Below are positions 23,971 through 35,950 of a DNA stretch of 64,000 nucleotides, in pieces (the first letter of the stretch is position 1; each line of letters opens with the position of its first letter). The DNA comes from Ginglymostoma cirratum (Eukaryota). Position numbers and translations under genes: made by a program. The notes under the pieces were generated by a model that worked only from the letters and a program-made list of their open reading frames with translations, was not told where the DNA came from and ran no database searches. The stretch lies in contig JAHRHZ010000133.1 in assembly GCA_024137785.1 (NCBI GenBank), positions 24,306,158 through 24,370,157 of the forward strand, read 5' to 3'.

Positions 23971-26771
23971 TAACAGAAGTCTATTCTGTTTTGAATGCTT
24001 GCAGAAGAACACATTTGTAAAAGGTTAAATAGAAAAAGAAATCTACGTTCGCCATAGCTGACTTGACAGCAAAGTTCTCCAGGGGCAGGTTACATAATTA
24101 TACCCAAGTTGAATAATTTTTCTCATTCTGTCGAGATTGGTGTGAGTCATTCTGCCGCCAAAATTGAAGGCACACAAAGTACAATACATTTATTATCTGA
24201 AGGTTTGTAGATGCTTTCGAAAATCTCAATGTAGTGAGACAAGTAGTAAGTACGATGTTAATATGTGGACATTAATAGCCAGATTCATACGATGATAATT
24301 ATGTGTTTGTGTGAGTTTCAAATTATCCCTGTACATCTAATATGAAAAAACCCACATATATAAAACCGAAACCTCACACATAAGCAGGTTTAAATAACAG
24401 TTGAAGTGATTTGTCAAAGAGACAGCAAATACACAAGAGATTTATAACACTAAAGCTGTTAATATTTTAAGTTTCAGTACAAAAGGTGCAAATCAAGATT
24501 AGGCTATTGATTTATTCTAAACAGGAGTTGAGAGAGGAATAAAAAAGGGGAAAGGTCAGCAAATTAACACTGTACTCATTGTTCCCACTTTCAAAGTTCT
24601 ATCAAATGTTACTTTTTTTTCCTGGACTGGGAACTTATCGGGTTTTGTTTTAAAGACGATCAGCTATAAGCTCTAGATCAAGACAATTGGGTTTTATTTA
24701 CTTGGGACTATTTTTTTGTAAAGTTCACATTATAGCAAAGTAGCACTTGTGCTGCACCAAATTGTTCAATTGTTAAAAATGCACCAAAGCAGCTTCACAA
24801 TCTAAAATCTACTTGTCCAAGAGAAGGTTCTAGATAAAGAAACTTTAGTTCTAAATCAGCTGAACAGATGTTTAAAACACCGAAACAGTGAATGCAAAAA
24901 TTCAGACTAGAGGGATGGCGGGTGGTTGGAAGAATATCATTAAATTGAGCTTTTAGAAAAGGAATCTCAGTCAAGGTAAACCAACACCACTCTGGAGAAA
25001 CAGAAGGTGAAAACATAAGCGAAAAATAAATTTAATGAACAACGCAAATGCGCAAAATATATTTCAAGTGCATTTCAAATAGCCAAATGCATGCAATCCC
25101 TGATCATGTACACACACAAAGACCATACGCATAAACAGGAGTAGTAATTGAAAAAGATCCTCTGTATTTCCATACATTTTTTTAGAAACTAGCAAACTAA
25201 CACCTGCAATGCAATTCCAGTGTACAAGCAATTGTAATTGAATCCAGCTCTTGCAAATAGTTCAAAAGAAGTTTCTATGGTAACCAACATGCACAGTAAT
25301 AAAGTCTGAAGAAAATACCATTACCCTTTCAATTGCCTGAAAACTGTAAAAGGTCTAAGAAAACAAGCATTTTCTCCGATCAGCTGAGCAAAAATCATTC
25401 ACACGATACTTTGGCTCAAGATACTCACTCATTCCTTTGAACACTTACACATTTTCCACAGAATTCCACAATTCCCACTGGCCTAAAAGACAGGCTCTTT
25501 AAATGTTCATCTAAAACAGCATTTTCAGTGTTTAATTCTCAGGTTACCTCCAACCCTTTTATTTCAAAATGAATGCTTCTAATTTTCCACATTAGATCTT
25601 TAATACTATATTGTACATTTGACAATAATGTAGCACAACTGTTACAACTTCAAGTGCAGTCTAATATGGCATTTCATGGTCATTGATATTTTGCCATCAG
25701 TATCAAGATCACTGCTTTTAAAATTCCAAATGATTAAAAAAACGCTAACTGTGCCAGCAGCATTTTAACTTCACTTCCAATCAAAGACTGCTGAGTAAAG
25801 CTCTTTCCATGTATTTGATGTATCGGATTTCTGATTTTCCTGACTTGAGCAGTGCTTGTGTGTGGTGTAACTAATTACCCACTTCTACTGTTGGCAAAAA
25901 AAAATGCTCATTTATGGGTCTACACAATATCTGTGAAATAAAAGTTTAAAGAATGTTTATAGCTGTCTTACATTCAGCAAAATCTTCCACAATCATCCAA
26001 AATGTGCACTGCAAACTGAAACAGTCTTGTGATTTGGCAAGAGATTTTCACCAGTTCTGTTGGCAAGAGTGCAGAATCAATTACGTGTTCAGTAGGCGTA
26101 AAACATAGGTACCTAGATATAACAGCAGTTTCAATCCTTGGATTCTTGTTGAATGCCATTATGTCTTTTAACATTCATTCACTCATTTAACAATCGAAAC
26201 AAAATCTTACCGGCAAATCATTATTTGTCATATTTTAAAGTGTAATTGGCTCACTTTAAACAATAGTCTTTACATTCATTGACCTTTTCCCTGTCAAATT
26301 TTGAGTTTGAACATGGCCTAGATGAATGAGATTAAAAGCTTTCCTCGACAGCTGTTTAAGTGAAATGGGTTTCAACAGTCTAAACCTAGATCCCAATGGA
26401 TTACAGTGCACAGCATAAAACTCCCCATAATAAATAGACACAGCTATAATTGGATGCTCTCCCTCACGGGAAGCCACAAGGATTAGCCAGTACGAGAAGT
26501 AACAAGCTGGTGTACTTGCAGTAATATACAGAGGCTGGGATTATGTCAAGTTGTATGGAAATTCAAAAGGAATGGAACTGCTTTAAAGGAAAGCAAAGGG
26601 AGAAACAAAGATATTCTTCACCCTGAGCATGTGTTTTTCCCCTAAAACATTACTAAATTAAAACAACTATATTAACATGCAATGCAAAACTGAACACTAT
26701 TTTTTGTGTTACGCTTTCAGGAATAAAATACAGCTTCAATTTTTTTAAAAAAAAAGGTAAATCAATGGATA

Positions 26772-26970
26772 AGAGATAAAAAGGTACTGCAGATGCTGGA
26801 GAATCCGAGATAACAAGCATGGGGCTGGATGAACACAGCAGGTCAAGCAGCATCATAGGAGCAGGAAAACTTGACGTTTCGGGCCTAAACCCTTCATCAG
26901 AAATGTGATGAAGGGTTTAGGCCCGAAACGTCAAGTTTTCCTGCTCCTATGATGCTGCTTGACCTGCTGT
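26772..26970. mobile_element. Young fold-back Penelope-like element with hammerhead motif and 15-bp TSD
   Basis: TSD GTAAATCAATGGATA at 26757-26771 and 26971-26985. Perfect 67-bp inverted repeat 26833-26899 / 26906-26972 (last 2 nt overlap the TSD) with a 6-nt loop. Confidence 0.9.
26869..26904 (-). ncRNA. Minimal type-I hammerhead ribozyme motif (variant with extra A)
   Basis: Minus strand reads AUUU-CUGAUGA-A-GGGU(UUAG)GCCC-GAAAC-GUC-AAGU: conserved core, stem II, palindromic ACGU stem III, GUC triplet, stem I AUUU/AAGU. Activity not testable here. Confidence 0.7.
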
Positions 26971-27879
26971 GTAAATCAATGGATAGTTACCCCAAAGCCG
27001 CAAAGGAATGGTATACCATCACTGATTGTGCTTCCATTTGAGGATAACACCTACACAGGGTCACAAGATTCTACTACGGCCTTGGTCCCTACAAACCTGA
27101 CCCTAGGAAAACTGGCCTGGGAGGTTGGAGTTTCCTTCCAGGTGAGGTATTCCTTGGTGGCAGGCTGGGCAACATGAGAACGGAGCTGCTGGCTGGAGAC
27201 ACAAGCCGGATGCTAGACTGGCCTCTATGGACAAGCACTGTATTGAAGTTTAATTTTTAAAAAATGAATCTAAAAACATCTCTTTGGTCCTCAACCGTAC
27301 AAATTTCCTCTCTTCTCTTTAGACTCTCCCTGGCAAATGCATATTACCTCTAGCTCCATGTGAAGTCTAGACTACCTTCCGACTTGTCCCATGAAAATGG
27401 GAAAAGATGCATTTGGGAGTGAGACTACTGATTTTCAGGGATTTGTGGCATTTTTGCCCATGGCATAGACCCCTCCTATTGCTGCAAAAATCTGGGTGTT
27501 TGGGCTTTCAAGTGAGGTCCGGGCCGATTCTTAACTCTAGGATCTTTGAAAATGGGGCAGGACTTCTCATTTGATAGGGATATCTGGAGAGCAAACTTTG
27601 CTTCCTTTCCTTCTACTCCTCCGTCTCATTTTTCAAGACATCAGGGGTTGAAAATTATGGAGGATGGCTGCTTGGTGCAGTCTAAAATCTCAGTCAGGGA
27701 CGAAAAGTCAGCCCATAAGAAATAATGTCCTTTTAACGGGGAGGAACTCTCATTCTCTGGAGCTGCAAGCCAATCTGATTGACTGGCAGTTCTAAAAGGT
27801 TCCAGCAGTGCCAGAGATTAGTAACAGGCATTGTCAGCATTGCAGGAAGGTCCACAGGGCAGGCATCCATGGAGACTCA

Positions 27880-28060
27880 TATTGCTGGTTTGTGATGCAC
27901 AGAGGTGCCAACAGCATGGGTTCAATTCCTGCACCAGGTGAGGTTACCATGAAGAACTCTCCATCTCAACCTCTCTCCTCTGGTGAGGGTAAAGCCACCA
28001 ACAGCTGTCCGTCCTTCGAAGGAGAGAGCAGCCCTGTGGTCCAATAGGGCTACAGCAACG
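27880..28060 (+). mobile_element. 5'-truncated tRNA-derived SINE
   Basis: B-box GGGTTCAATTCC at ~27918-27929 followed by a typical SINE body ending GAGAGAGCAGCCCTGTGGTC. Confidence 0.55.
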
Positions 28061-28429
28061 TTATGTTATGCATGGTCGGTGGGCTGCTAACTTTTAGTTT
28101 CCTCTCATCCACCCATTTAATGTGCCACCATTCAGAAAACATCTCTCACAGCCTAACAACAGATCTTGAAGTGTGATGCAAGTTGTTGGACAAATTACTG
28201 CCATTCTGAACAACTAGTAGTGAGCTTCTCACAATTATTAAGAACAATGCTGCCACACATCATGGAGAGTTTTAGGGTTCCTATAAAGTGATTTCTTTGC
28301 ACCCCCCGCCCCCACCCCAGTAATATTGACCATTGGAGAGCTGAGAGAATAGGATCTGGCAGGGGAAGATAAATTTTTCACCATATGGCGATGGTGACCA
28401 ATCATAATGACTGAAAACTGATTTTGCAA

Positions 28430-29150
28430 GTGTTTTACCTGACTGCTTATGGAGCTGGCCAGGAGGATGACAATGGTCCTTCCACTGAATCTTGTGGATG
28501 CAGTGGAGGCACTGATGATGGAATTGCTCCAGTGCTCTTATATATCACTGATAACCGAGATCTCACTGCAGTATGGCATAGTGTATAGAATGCCGGATGG
28601 TGGTGATCACAACTACTCTGTCAACTAAGACTTTTGTTGGCTCACAGCAGACTTTTATTTTCAAACACTCATTGCTGCAGATTATAGAAGGTTGAACTTC
28701 TACAGCTGTTCTGGTGTTGGCTCTACTTGATAATAGTGACCTTTTGAAAGAGGTAGCTCTCTAGGTATGGAAAGTGGGATATTTAGCTTACCTGATGTGG
28801 GTTAATGTGAATTTTGTTTTAGCAACATTCAAGAAATTGCTGAATTTCTCTATAGGCATAATTGAGGAGGTCACGAGTGGCTTACAAATCTGGTGCAGAG
28901 TAGGAAATAACAATGTAGTCATCTGCAAACTATAGATCATGTACATCTAGTTTTGGCACATAGGCCACTGAGGTTGAACAGCTTCTATCAAGTCAGTATT
29001 TCATATTGACACCAGAGGGCAGATCAGAGGTAAAGATCAGAGATCAACAGGTTGAGCAAAGGGGCCGAGATATTCTGCAATTGGTGAGAAGACAATTTCC
29101 CCTTTTCCATTGTGAAGCTGAGCATTTGATCTTCATGTGGATTTGACATG
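28430..29150 (-). mobile_element. Degraded RTE-like RT fragment
   Basis: Minus strand TTTGCAGATGAC (FADD) at 28918-28929, with a degenerate LAPLL-like motif upstream near 29053-29070. Confidence 0.5.
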
Positions 29151-31399
29151 ACTTTTTAAATACACAGTTATTTCTCACTTTCAATCAGGAATACATCAAA
29201 TTGAATCACATTGAAATTATAACAGGGGAATAGGCAGTTCAGTTCAACAATCTGTCTGATATATCCCTCCACAGAGGCTATAGTTCTCATCCCATGTGGT
29301 CCACCAGTTCTTAAATGCTTTCATTTCCCTTTTCATCAAAGGCCTATTTTCACTGAGTCTGCTGCAATCATTAACTTCAGTGGTGGTACATTCTACAACT
29401 CACTGTGCAAAAAGGTTTTTCCTGCACATTACCTGCTCAATGCCAGTCTACATCTTTTATATTTAATGATACATTTACTCAGCCTTGTTCTGGAAACAAA
29501 AGAGTCACTTTTACCCATCCTTAATAATTTGATACAGCTTAATTAAGTTGCCTCTCAAGCTCATCTAGTGAAAACAACTTGAATTTGTCAAACACATCTT
29601 TCTATTTCTAATTTCTCAAATGAGTCAACATCTTCTTAAATTGTGCTGCTACCTGATAGACAATAGGAAGTCTGTAATAGACCAGTAAAGACCTTGGAGC
29701 CGGACATTACAAAGCACTTCACAAAAATTCCTACTTTGGTTAATGTTAATATAAGATCTAACTGCATACAACTAAATCTCAGGTTGCGAAGGGTTAATCA
29801 ACATAACAGCAGAAATCTTGTGGTTCACTTGATAGAAAAGGCAATTTACTAGTGTAGATTATGTTTGTTTTATATAAGTATACATCTTAACTATTATTTA
29901 TCAAACATAGTAACAGGGTCCTTACACCACATGTCTTAAAGTAACTAATCATTCCCCAATGACTGTTTTGTAGGTATTTATTAGCAAATAGTTTTAAAGA
30001 GATAGTATTTAAGTGAGTAAATGAAAAATAAAGTAGAATTCATAGTCAGAGATAAGAGGTTGGAGAAGTAAGTACAAATATACCTTTGTACTGAAATGTT
30101 ACACTATAGGATAAGATAGGCTGAGCTGGAAGTTATGGAATTTTAAGAATATTATACAGATTTATTGGTTAGTAGATCCATATTATTGACCAATTGACTC
30201 CTGGGAGAACTTACTGGGTTGATATACAGAAAGTCATAAACAGATGTTAAGTTCATTTTTAAAATATGATGTATATAGAAATGTCTGATTCATAAAGTCT
30301 GGCACCTAAAGTACAGTGAATGACAATGCACTACATCTAACACCCCACTATACAGTCCAAACAGCACACATCAGGCAAAGGAATCAGTGGATATGCACAA
30401 AGCAATTGGTGTTTATTCAACCATGCATAGAAGGCCAGGCCAATACTCACCAGCTATAAAAGTAAACTGTTGAACACAAAAAAGGCAATTCTCTTAAATA
30501 AGAACTCAAATTGACATGAACACATTAATGATTTAAAAGTTATCTGATAACTAATGTAATACAAATCCGTGTAGAACACTAAAGCGGGCAGACTTATTTC
30601 TATTGAGTTTCTGAGTATTTTTAAAATACAGTACATAAATATTTGAAAGACTACATTTATGTGCATTTCAACTCTTCTAAGTGGATGTAAAAGCATTGGT
30701 CATCATTGTCATTGGTCTTCAGCTTACCATGAGATCGAACAGGCTGCTTCTCAACCCACAGGCATTTAGACACACTGCAGGAAATACCATGAGGTAGTGA
30801 GATCCTTATTATAGGATTTGCTTAACTTTCCTTCTTTCTGTCTTCACTCTGCCTCATGGTTGAGTTTGTGAGACAAAGCACGATGAACATTGTGCACAAT
30901 TCTGAATGATTTGTAGCAAACTCCTCCTAGTCATTAATGTCAATGCTCCATTGCTTCAAAAAGACCATTTGAAGTGTTTTATTTGCTCTTCCCCATAACA
31001 TTATTAAAAGTTGAGAAAACAGGACTTGATTTTCACCCATGCAGTCCACCAAATTTGATACTGCAAGGTTTTTTCCTGATTGCTTGTGTATCTGGCTTCA
31101 AGAAGGACAATTATTTTTATTCCTCTGGAATATTACTGAATATTGATGAAGCTGTTGTTTTCAAAAATATTTTGGATTTCAGGGCTTTTACACAGAATCT
31201 TCTCCAAACTTTGAACAGTAGAATCTGTTCATAAATTGTGGATCCCATGTTAACTAATTATTTATTAAGGCAAAACGAAAAAGATGCTCTCAGGAAATCA
31301 TCCGACAGAATTGATTATCTGAGTTCTTTTTCAGGTAAACACATTTAACAACAGCAACATTTCAAAATGCAAGTGTCAAACTGGCAAATGATAATTTCA

Positions 31400-31560
31400 G
31401 AAGAACATTGGCAAGTTTTCTTGGGCAGACATGGCATTGGCAACTGTAATAACAATGGTCAACTTCTCATGAAATTCACCCACAACATAATTCTCTACTC
31501 CACCCGAAGCCACGTTGTCGGGATCACTCTACATCACAAACTGGCCATCCAACCAGATGA
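31400..31560 (+). mobile_element. RTE-clade endonuclease fragment
   Basis: ORF 31367: WQVFLGRHGIGNCNNNGQLLMKF matches the RTE W.GVLG.HG.G..N.NG..LL.FC motif. Confidence 0.75.
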
Positions 31561-33979
31561 GCTAACTGATATAGATTATAAGGTTTTGGAACGAAATGTG
31601 TTTTTAATTTGTTTGAAAAGATACATTGTACAAAAAAATTACATCTTAAACCAAAATGAGTAATTCTTCTATGATAGAGCACTTAGTAATTTGGCTTAAG
31701 TCAGTTAATGGGTGGTAGAACAAATGATTTCACTTCAGAATGACAATTTTGCCCATTTACTCTGTCAGAAACCCTCATTTAATAAATTTAAATTTCCAGC
31801 TCCATTGAAACTTCATTCTTTTTTAAATATTGACCACAGCTGAAGCTTAATTTGTGACAACCTCATGTCTCTACATTCTGAGTGAAACTAGTTTTTTTTT
31901 TGTTTTATATATATGGAACTCTTGGGCTCTAGTTTTCCCAGAAAAGAGACTGATAACAGAATGTAAAATCAAAACATTTGCAACTTTGTTTGACATATAG
32001 CTCCTTGGCCATGGTCCTTAATCAAAGCTGGTTTTGAGTTGTATTCTCAAATTATCCTTGGAGTTATTTCATCATATTTGCTGCTGATCATCAACTTTTC
32101 TGTGCCTTGGAGTTGAAATGTTGTGAATGCGAATTCTGACAGTGAATACTGTCAGATAATCAGTTTGTCTCTTAATAAACTGTTTACTTCAGAAACCCCA
32201 ACCTCCTAAACTGAACATGTCAGTGAAAGGCCATCAAATAGTAAAATGAGATTATGATGATGTGAGATCATGCTCCATCACAGGGCACCTTAAATTCTCC
32301 ACCATAATTTGCTGTGCCAGTTGAAATTACATTCGTCTACAACAATGCTCCATTCATGAAATTGGTACATTATTTAGCACCAATTTATGAGACAAGACTT
32401 ACCCATTTGAAATAGACACTTCAGGCCATAGCTTATCCTATCTCAAACTTGCACTGCCATCAATATTTCACTAATAATCAACTGAGGTTGAGTTTTGGAT
32501 ATATGAAGAATTTAGCAAATGTACTAAGATGAAAAATAGCCAAACATGGAAAAAGTTAGACAACCACATATTTCATTTTGTAAGGATTTTTTAATTGCAC
32601 AAATATGCAATACAAACTGGCTCAATTCATTGGTAAAATATTACCATGCAACTGCATATGCCACATCTGTAACAACATTGGAGCATTTGTAGAATTTTTA
32701 AGCTGCTTCACTTAACTTCAGAGTTGATTAATTAAATATTTATACATTTTCTCCTGCTATATAAACCTTACAAGCAGAGTCCGGCCCCAAAATTTACATA
32801 CTTGATTACATCTCTACTCTGCCGCTGAAGAAAATGCAAACATCCCAATTTACTTCTGGAAATGGAAATGGAAAAACCACAGCCAACCTGATCGAATGCC
32901 AAACATAGCAATAAATTAGAATCCCAAGTCAACCACACTCTAGAGAGCTTTAATTTATACAATAAAAGTAACTACACACATTAATCGTTTGCAATGCTTT
33001 GTTTAATTCTCCACATGATTCTATGGCATTGAAGACATATACCGAGTGGAACCTGGAACAAATTTGCAAAAGTATTTTTTCCTTTTGATAGTGACAGACT
33101 ATTCCAAAAACTAATGCAAAAGACAAATGAATAACCACATATCCTACCTTGCACCATTAACCACTACAATAAAAGGCCTTGTAGTTCAATATTATAAACA
33201 TACTCTGCACTTAGTTACAAGGGAACAATATTCTTTTACCTAAACCTCCTGTTTAGTGCTATAAGTGCTAATCCTTAGCAATCAGTTAATTTGCTTAATT
33301 TTGACTTTAAAGCTACATTCTTCAATTTATTTCTATTCAAAATCCTTTTTTTTTCTCCAGTAAGCTAAGCTTGGTCCAATTGAATTTAACATTTAGTTAA
33401 CAACAGCAGAGAAAATTGACTCTCTCTCCAAGTACTTCAACATGGATTTTATGACACCAATATTACTGCAAAAAAGTTTAAAAAGCAATAATTTCTTTCC
33501 AGATTAGTGCTGCTACAGTGAATCCATTAAATTTCCAACTGGTGGAAGGATACAATTTTAAAATATACAATTTAAATGAATTGTGGTTCTAACGTCAGCA
33601 TAATCATACATCAACCACTTGTTATCGACAATTTTATCCTAAAGTTAACAAGCCAATTGTCAAAATGTTTTTGAACCTCAAGTCCAACTTGAACTTATAA
33701 ACTTGGAATGTTTCAAATGCTCTAACAGCCAGCCATTCCGATTGCTTAATTCTATGTAAATATGTCAAATCTCTACTTAACTCCATAATCACAACCCTTT
33801 TCTTCATAGGCATTCACTTGATGACAAATCAAAAACATGTTTGAGCACAATTAAACCCAAATCAATATTGTTTTATTTCCTCATTTGGCAACAGATAGGC
33901 AAAGGTCATTTGATGCAACTTGAAATGTTGCTAATTCCAAATTTTTGCGTTTTTAGTTTGCATGGCAAATTTACAGGGA

Positions 33980-34740
33980 TGTAAGAATTAGGTGCAGAAA
34001 TATGCCATTTGGCTCCTGGAACCTGCTCTGTCAGTCAATAAGATCATTGCTGATCTTGGTTTTGTTTTCAATTCCATACTTTCAACTATCCCCAATATAC
34101 TTTGAATATTCTTAAAGGAGGAGATACTTTCTTATTAGGCAAGAGAATCAACAACCTCGTCTCCACCAGCTTGCCCTTATTTATATTTTAAATACCAGTC
34201 TTGGATCCACTCTCTTCACTTTCAGGCTGACCGAAAAAACTCAGTCATATATTGTGCTCGCTGCTCTCTAGGGCTGCCTTTATTCTGAGGCCTTTAATGA
34301 AATCCCATCACCTCAAATAATAATAAATTTAATATAACCTGTTCTCCCGACAGTTCCAAATATTTTGCTATAAGCAGCTATCCTTTAAAGCATTGTTTTA
34401 ACTCCTCATCCAGGCTGCCATTTCCAATTTTCCAATTTGTATGTAGATTAAAATCACCCATCTACTATAAATAGCATTTTTGTTTGAATGGTGCTACTCC
34501 TCTACCTTTATCTTGCTTCCTATTCTTCTTGAATATCGTCTCTCCCTCAATACCCAGGACCTGTATCATCATGCAGCCATATTTCCATAATGGCTATCAG
34601 ATCATACTTTATTACATCACAATGCTCAATCAATTTGTTTACTTTGTTATGAATACCACACATATTCAGATAGTAATTCTATTAGACAACATAACGATAC
34701 AGTTTAACAAATAATCCTCATAGAAAAACCTACACACACA
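33980..34740 (-). mobile_element. Old CR1 fragments (3' tail and endonuclease remnants)
   Basis: Reverse CR1 tail GTAAGAATTAGGTGCAGAAATATGCCATTT..AATAAGATCATTGCTGATCT at ~33981-34056. Minus-strand VDG.FNL (IMGDFN-like) near 34445-34465. Confidence 0.6.
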
Positions 34741-35950
34741 GTAACACTAAGAATCAACAGAAAGTAAAACCTTCCAGCCTCTTGTCAGCTTAGCACTAGG
34801 CAGAATCAAGCAAGTTGTTTTCTGTGTTTTTTTAAATGAATGGCCCATTATGTGACGAAGGACCTCTCACATTTTCACTTCCACATGTGTCACTTTTGGC
34901 TACCTTATCCAAATCATGACTGTGAGCCAAAATATACAAAAATTTTTGAGGTGAGACCAACCTCAATTAGTGCGGCCTTTGGAGTATGTTACTGGCAGTG
35001 TGGAAACAGCCTTCACATAGAGATGTTGTAAAAGTCTGGCACATTGCGGTCTAAGCAGTTCACGTACGTTAGCAACCTTTCACATGAATCAGTGTCTCTA
35101 AAGCTGCCAATTCACCACGATGTGTTAAATGGTTTAATATGAATAATGCAATGTTAAAATAATGCATGACATTATACATCGGCATTAGCTTATTCCATTT
35201 GTACTCAGTTTTTAGATTATGTAAGTGGGTTTTGAAACATCAGAATTATCAATCCACAAAATATGAAGTTCTTAATATTCTAGAGAGATTCCATTTGAAA
35301 TATCTGAAGAGGTTTTTGCAGTTGATTAGTACATCCTGCAAAATGGAGATGTATCAATTTATCTTTATTTTAGGTGCATTAGACAAGCATGTAAAAACGC
35401 ATGGACGCTTTGAGAAAAACTTGCATATGTTTGGTTTAGTTTGAACCATGTCAAATTTTTAGGAAGTATTTTTCTGTTTTGATTACAAGCCTTTGTCATT
35501 CGCAAAGATTTTTGTTAAGTTTGAATGATTCAATCACATACTTACTTTTCTATTTTAGGTTCTCTCAGCTGCAGAGAAGTAACACTGGCAAGAGGAAAAC
35601 TCAGACTGCTAAAATAAACTAGAAGGTGAACTATCTTTCTAAGAATGAGTTTGGATGTTAATTGGCCATTGCAATTTTCAAGAATGATAAAGCATTCCAA
35701 ATTACCTCTTCCCCATTTTTAGACTGGGCTCCAATTGAGAACTATCATATGCATTTTACAACAGTTGTGTGTGTTTTAGACTAAAATTAAATTAAATTTG
35801 GGAGGAGACTGAAAAACATAGAAGACAAATACAACAAACAAAGCTTTAAATCAGTAGGAAAGGGAATTTCTTTGGACTAACAGTATTTCACAGGAAAAAG
35901 AATGACAACTAAACCAAGTGTCCAAGATGGACATTTGAATGCAACTCCAC

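Noticed and set aside
25972-26112. 141-nt minus-strand segment bounded by CTAG and GTAAGA, a possible exon
   Set aside because: All three frames contain stops (the best has TGA at its last codon), the polypyrimidine tract is weak and the peptide is unrecognised.
30786-30860. Hairpin (ACCATGAGGTAG..CTGCCTCATGGT) containing TGAGGTAGT, the let-7 5' end
   Set aside because: Only 9 nt match let-7. The rest of the mature sequence and the continuous precursor stem are absent.
35545-35632. Strong plus-strand acceptor TTTTCTATTTTAG with downstream AAG/GTGAA
   Set aside because: Stops in all three frames and no supporting neighbouring exons.
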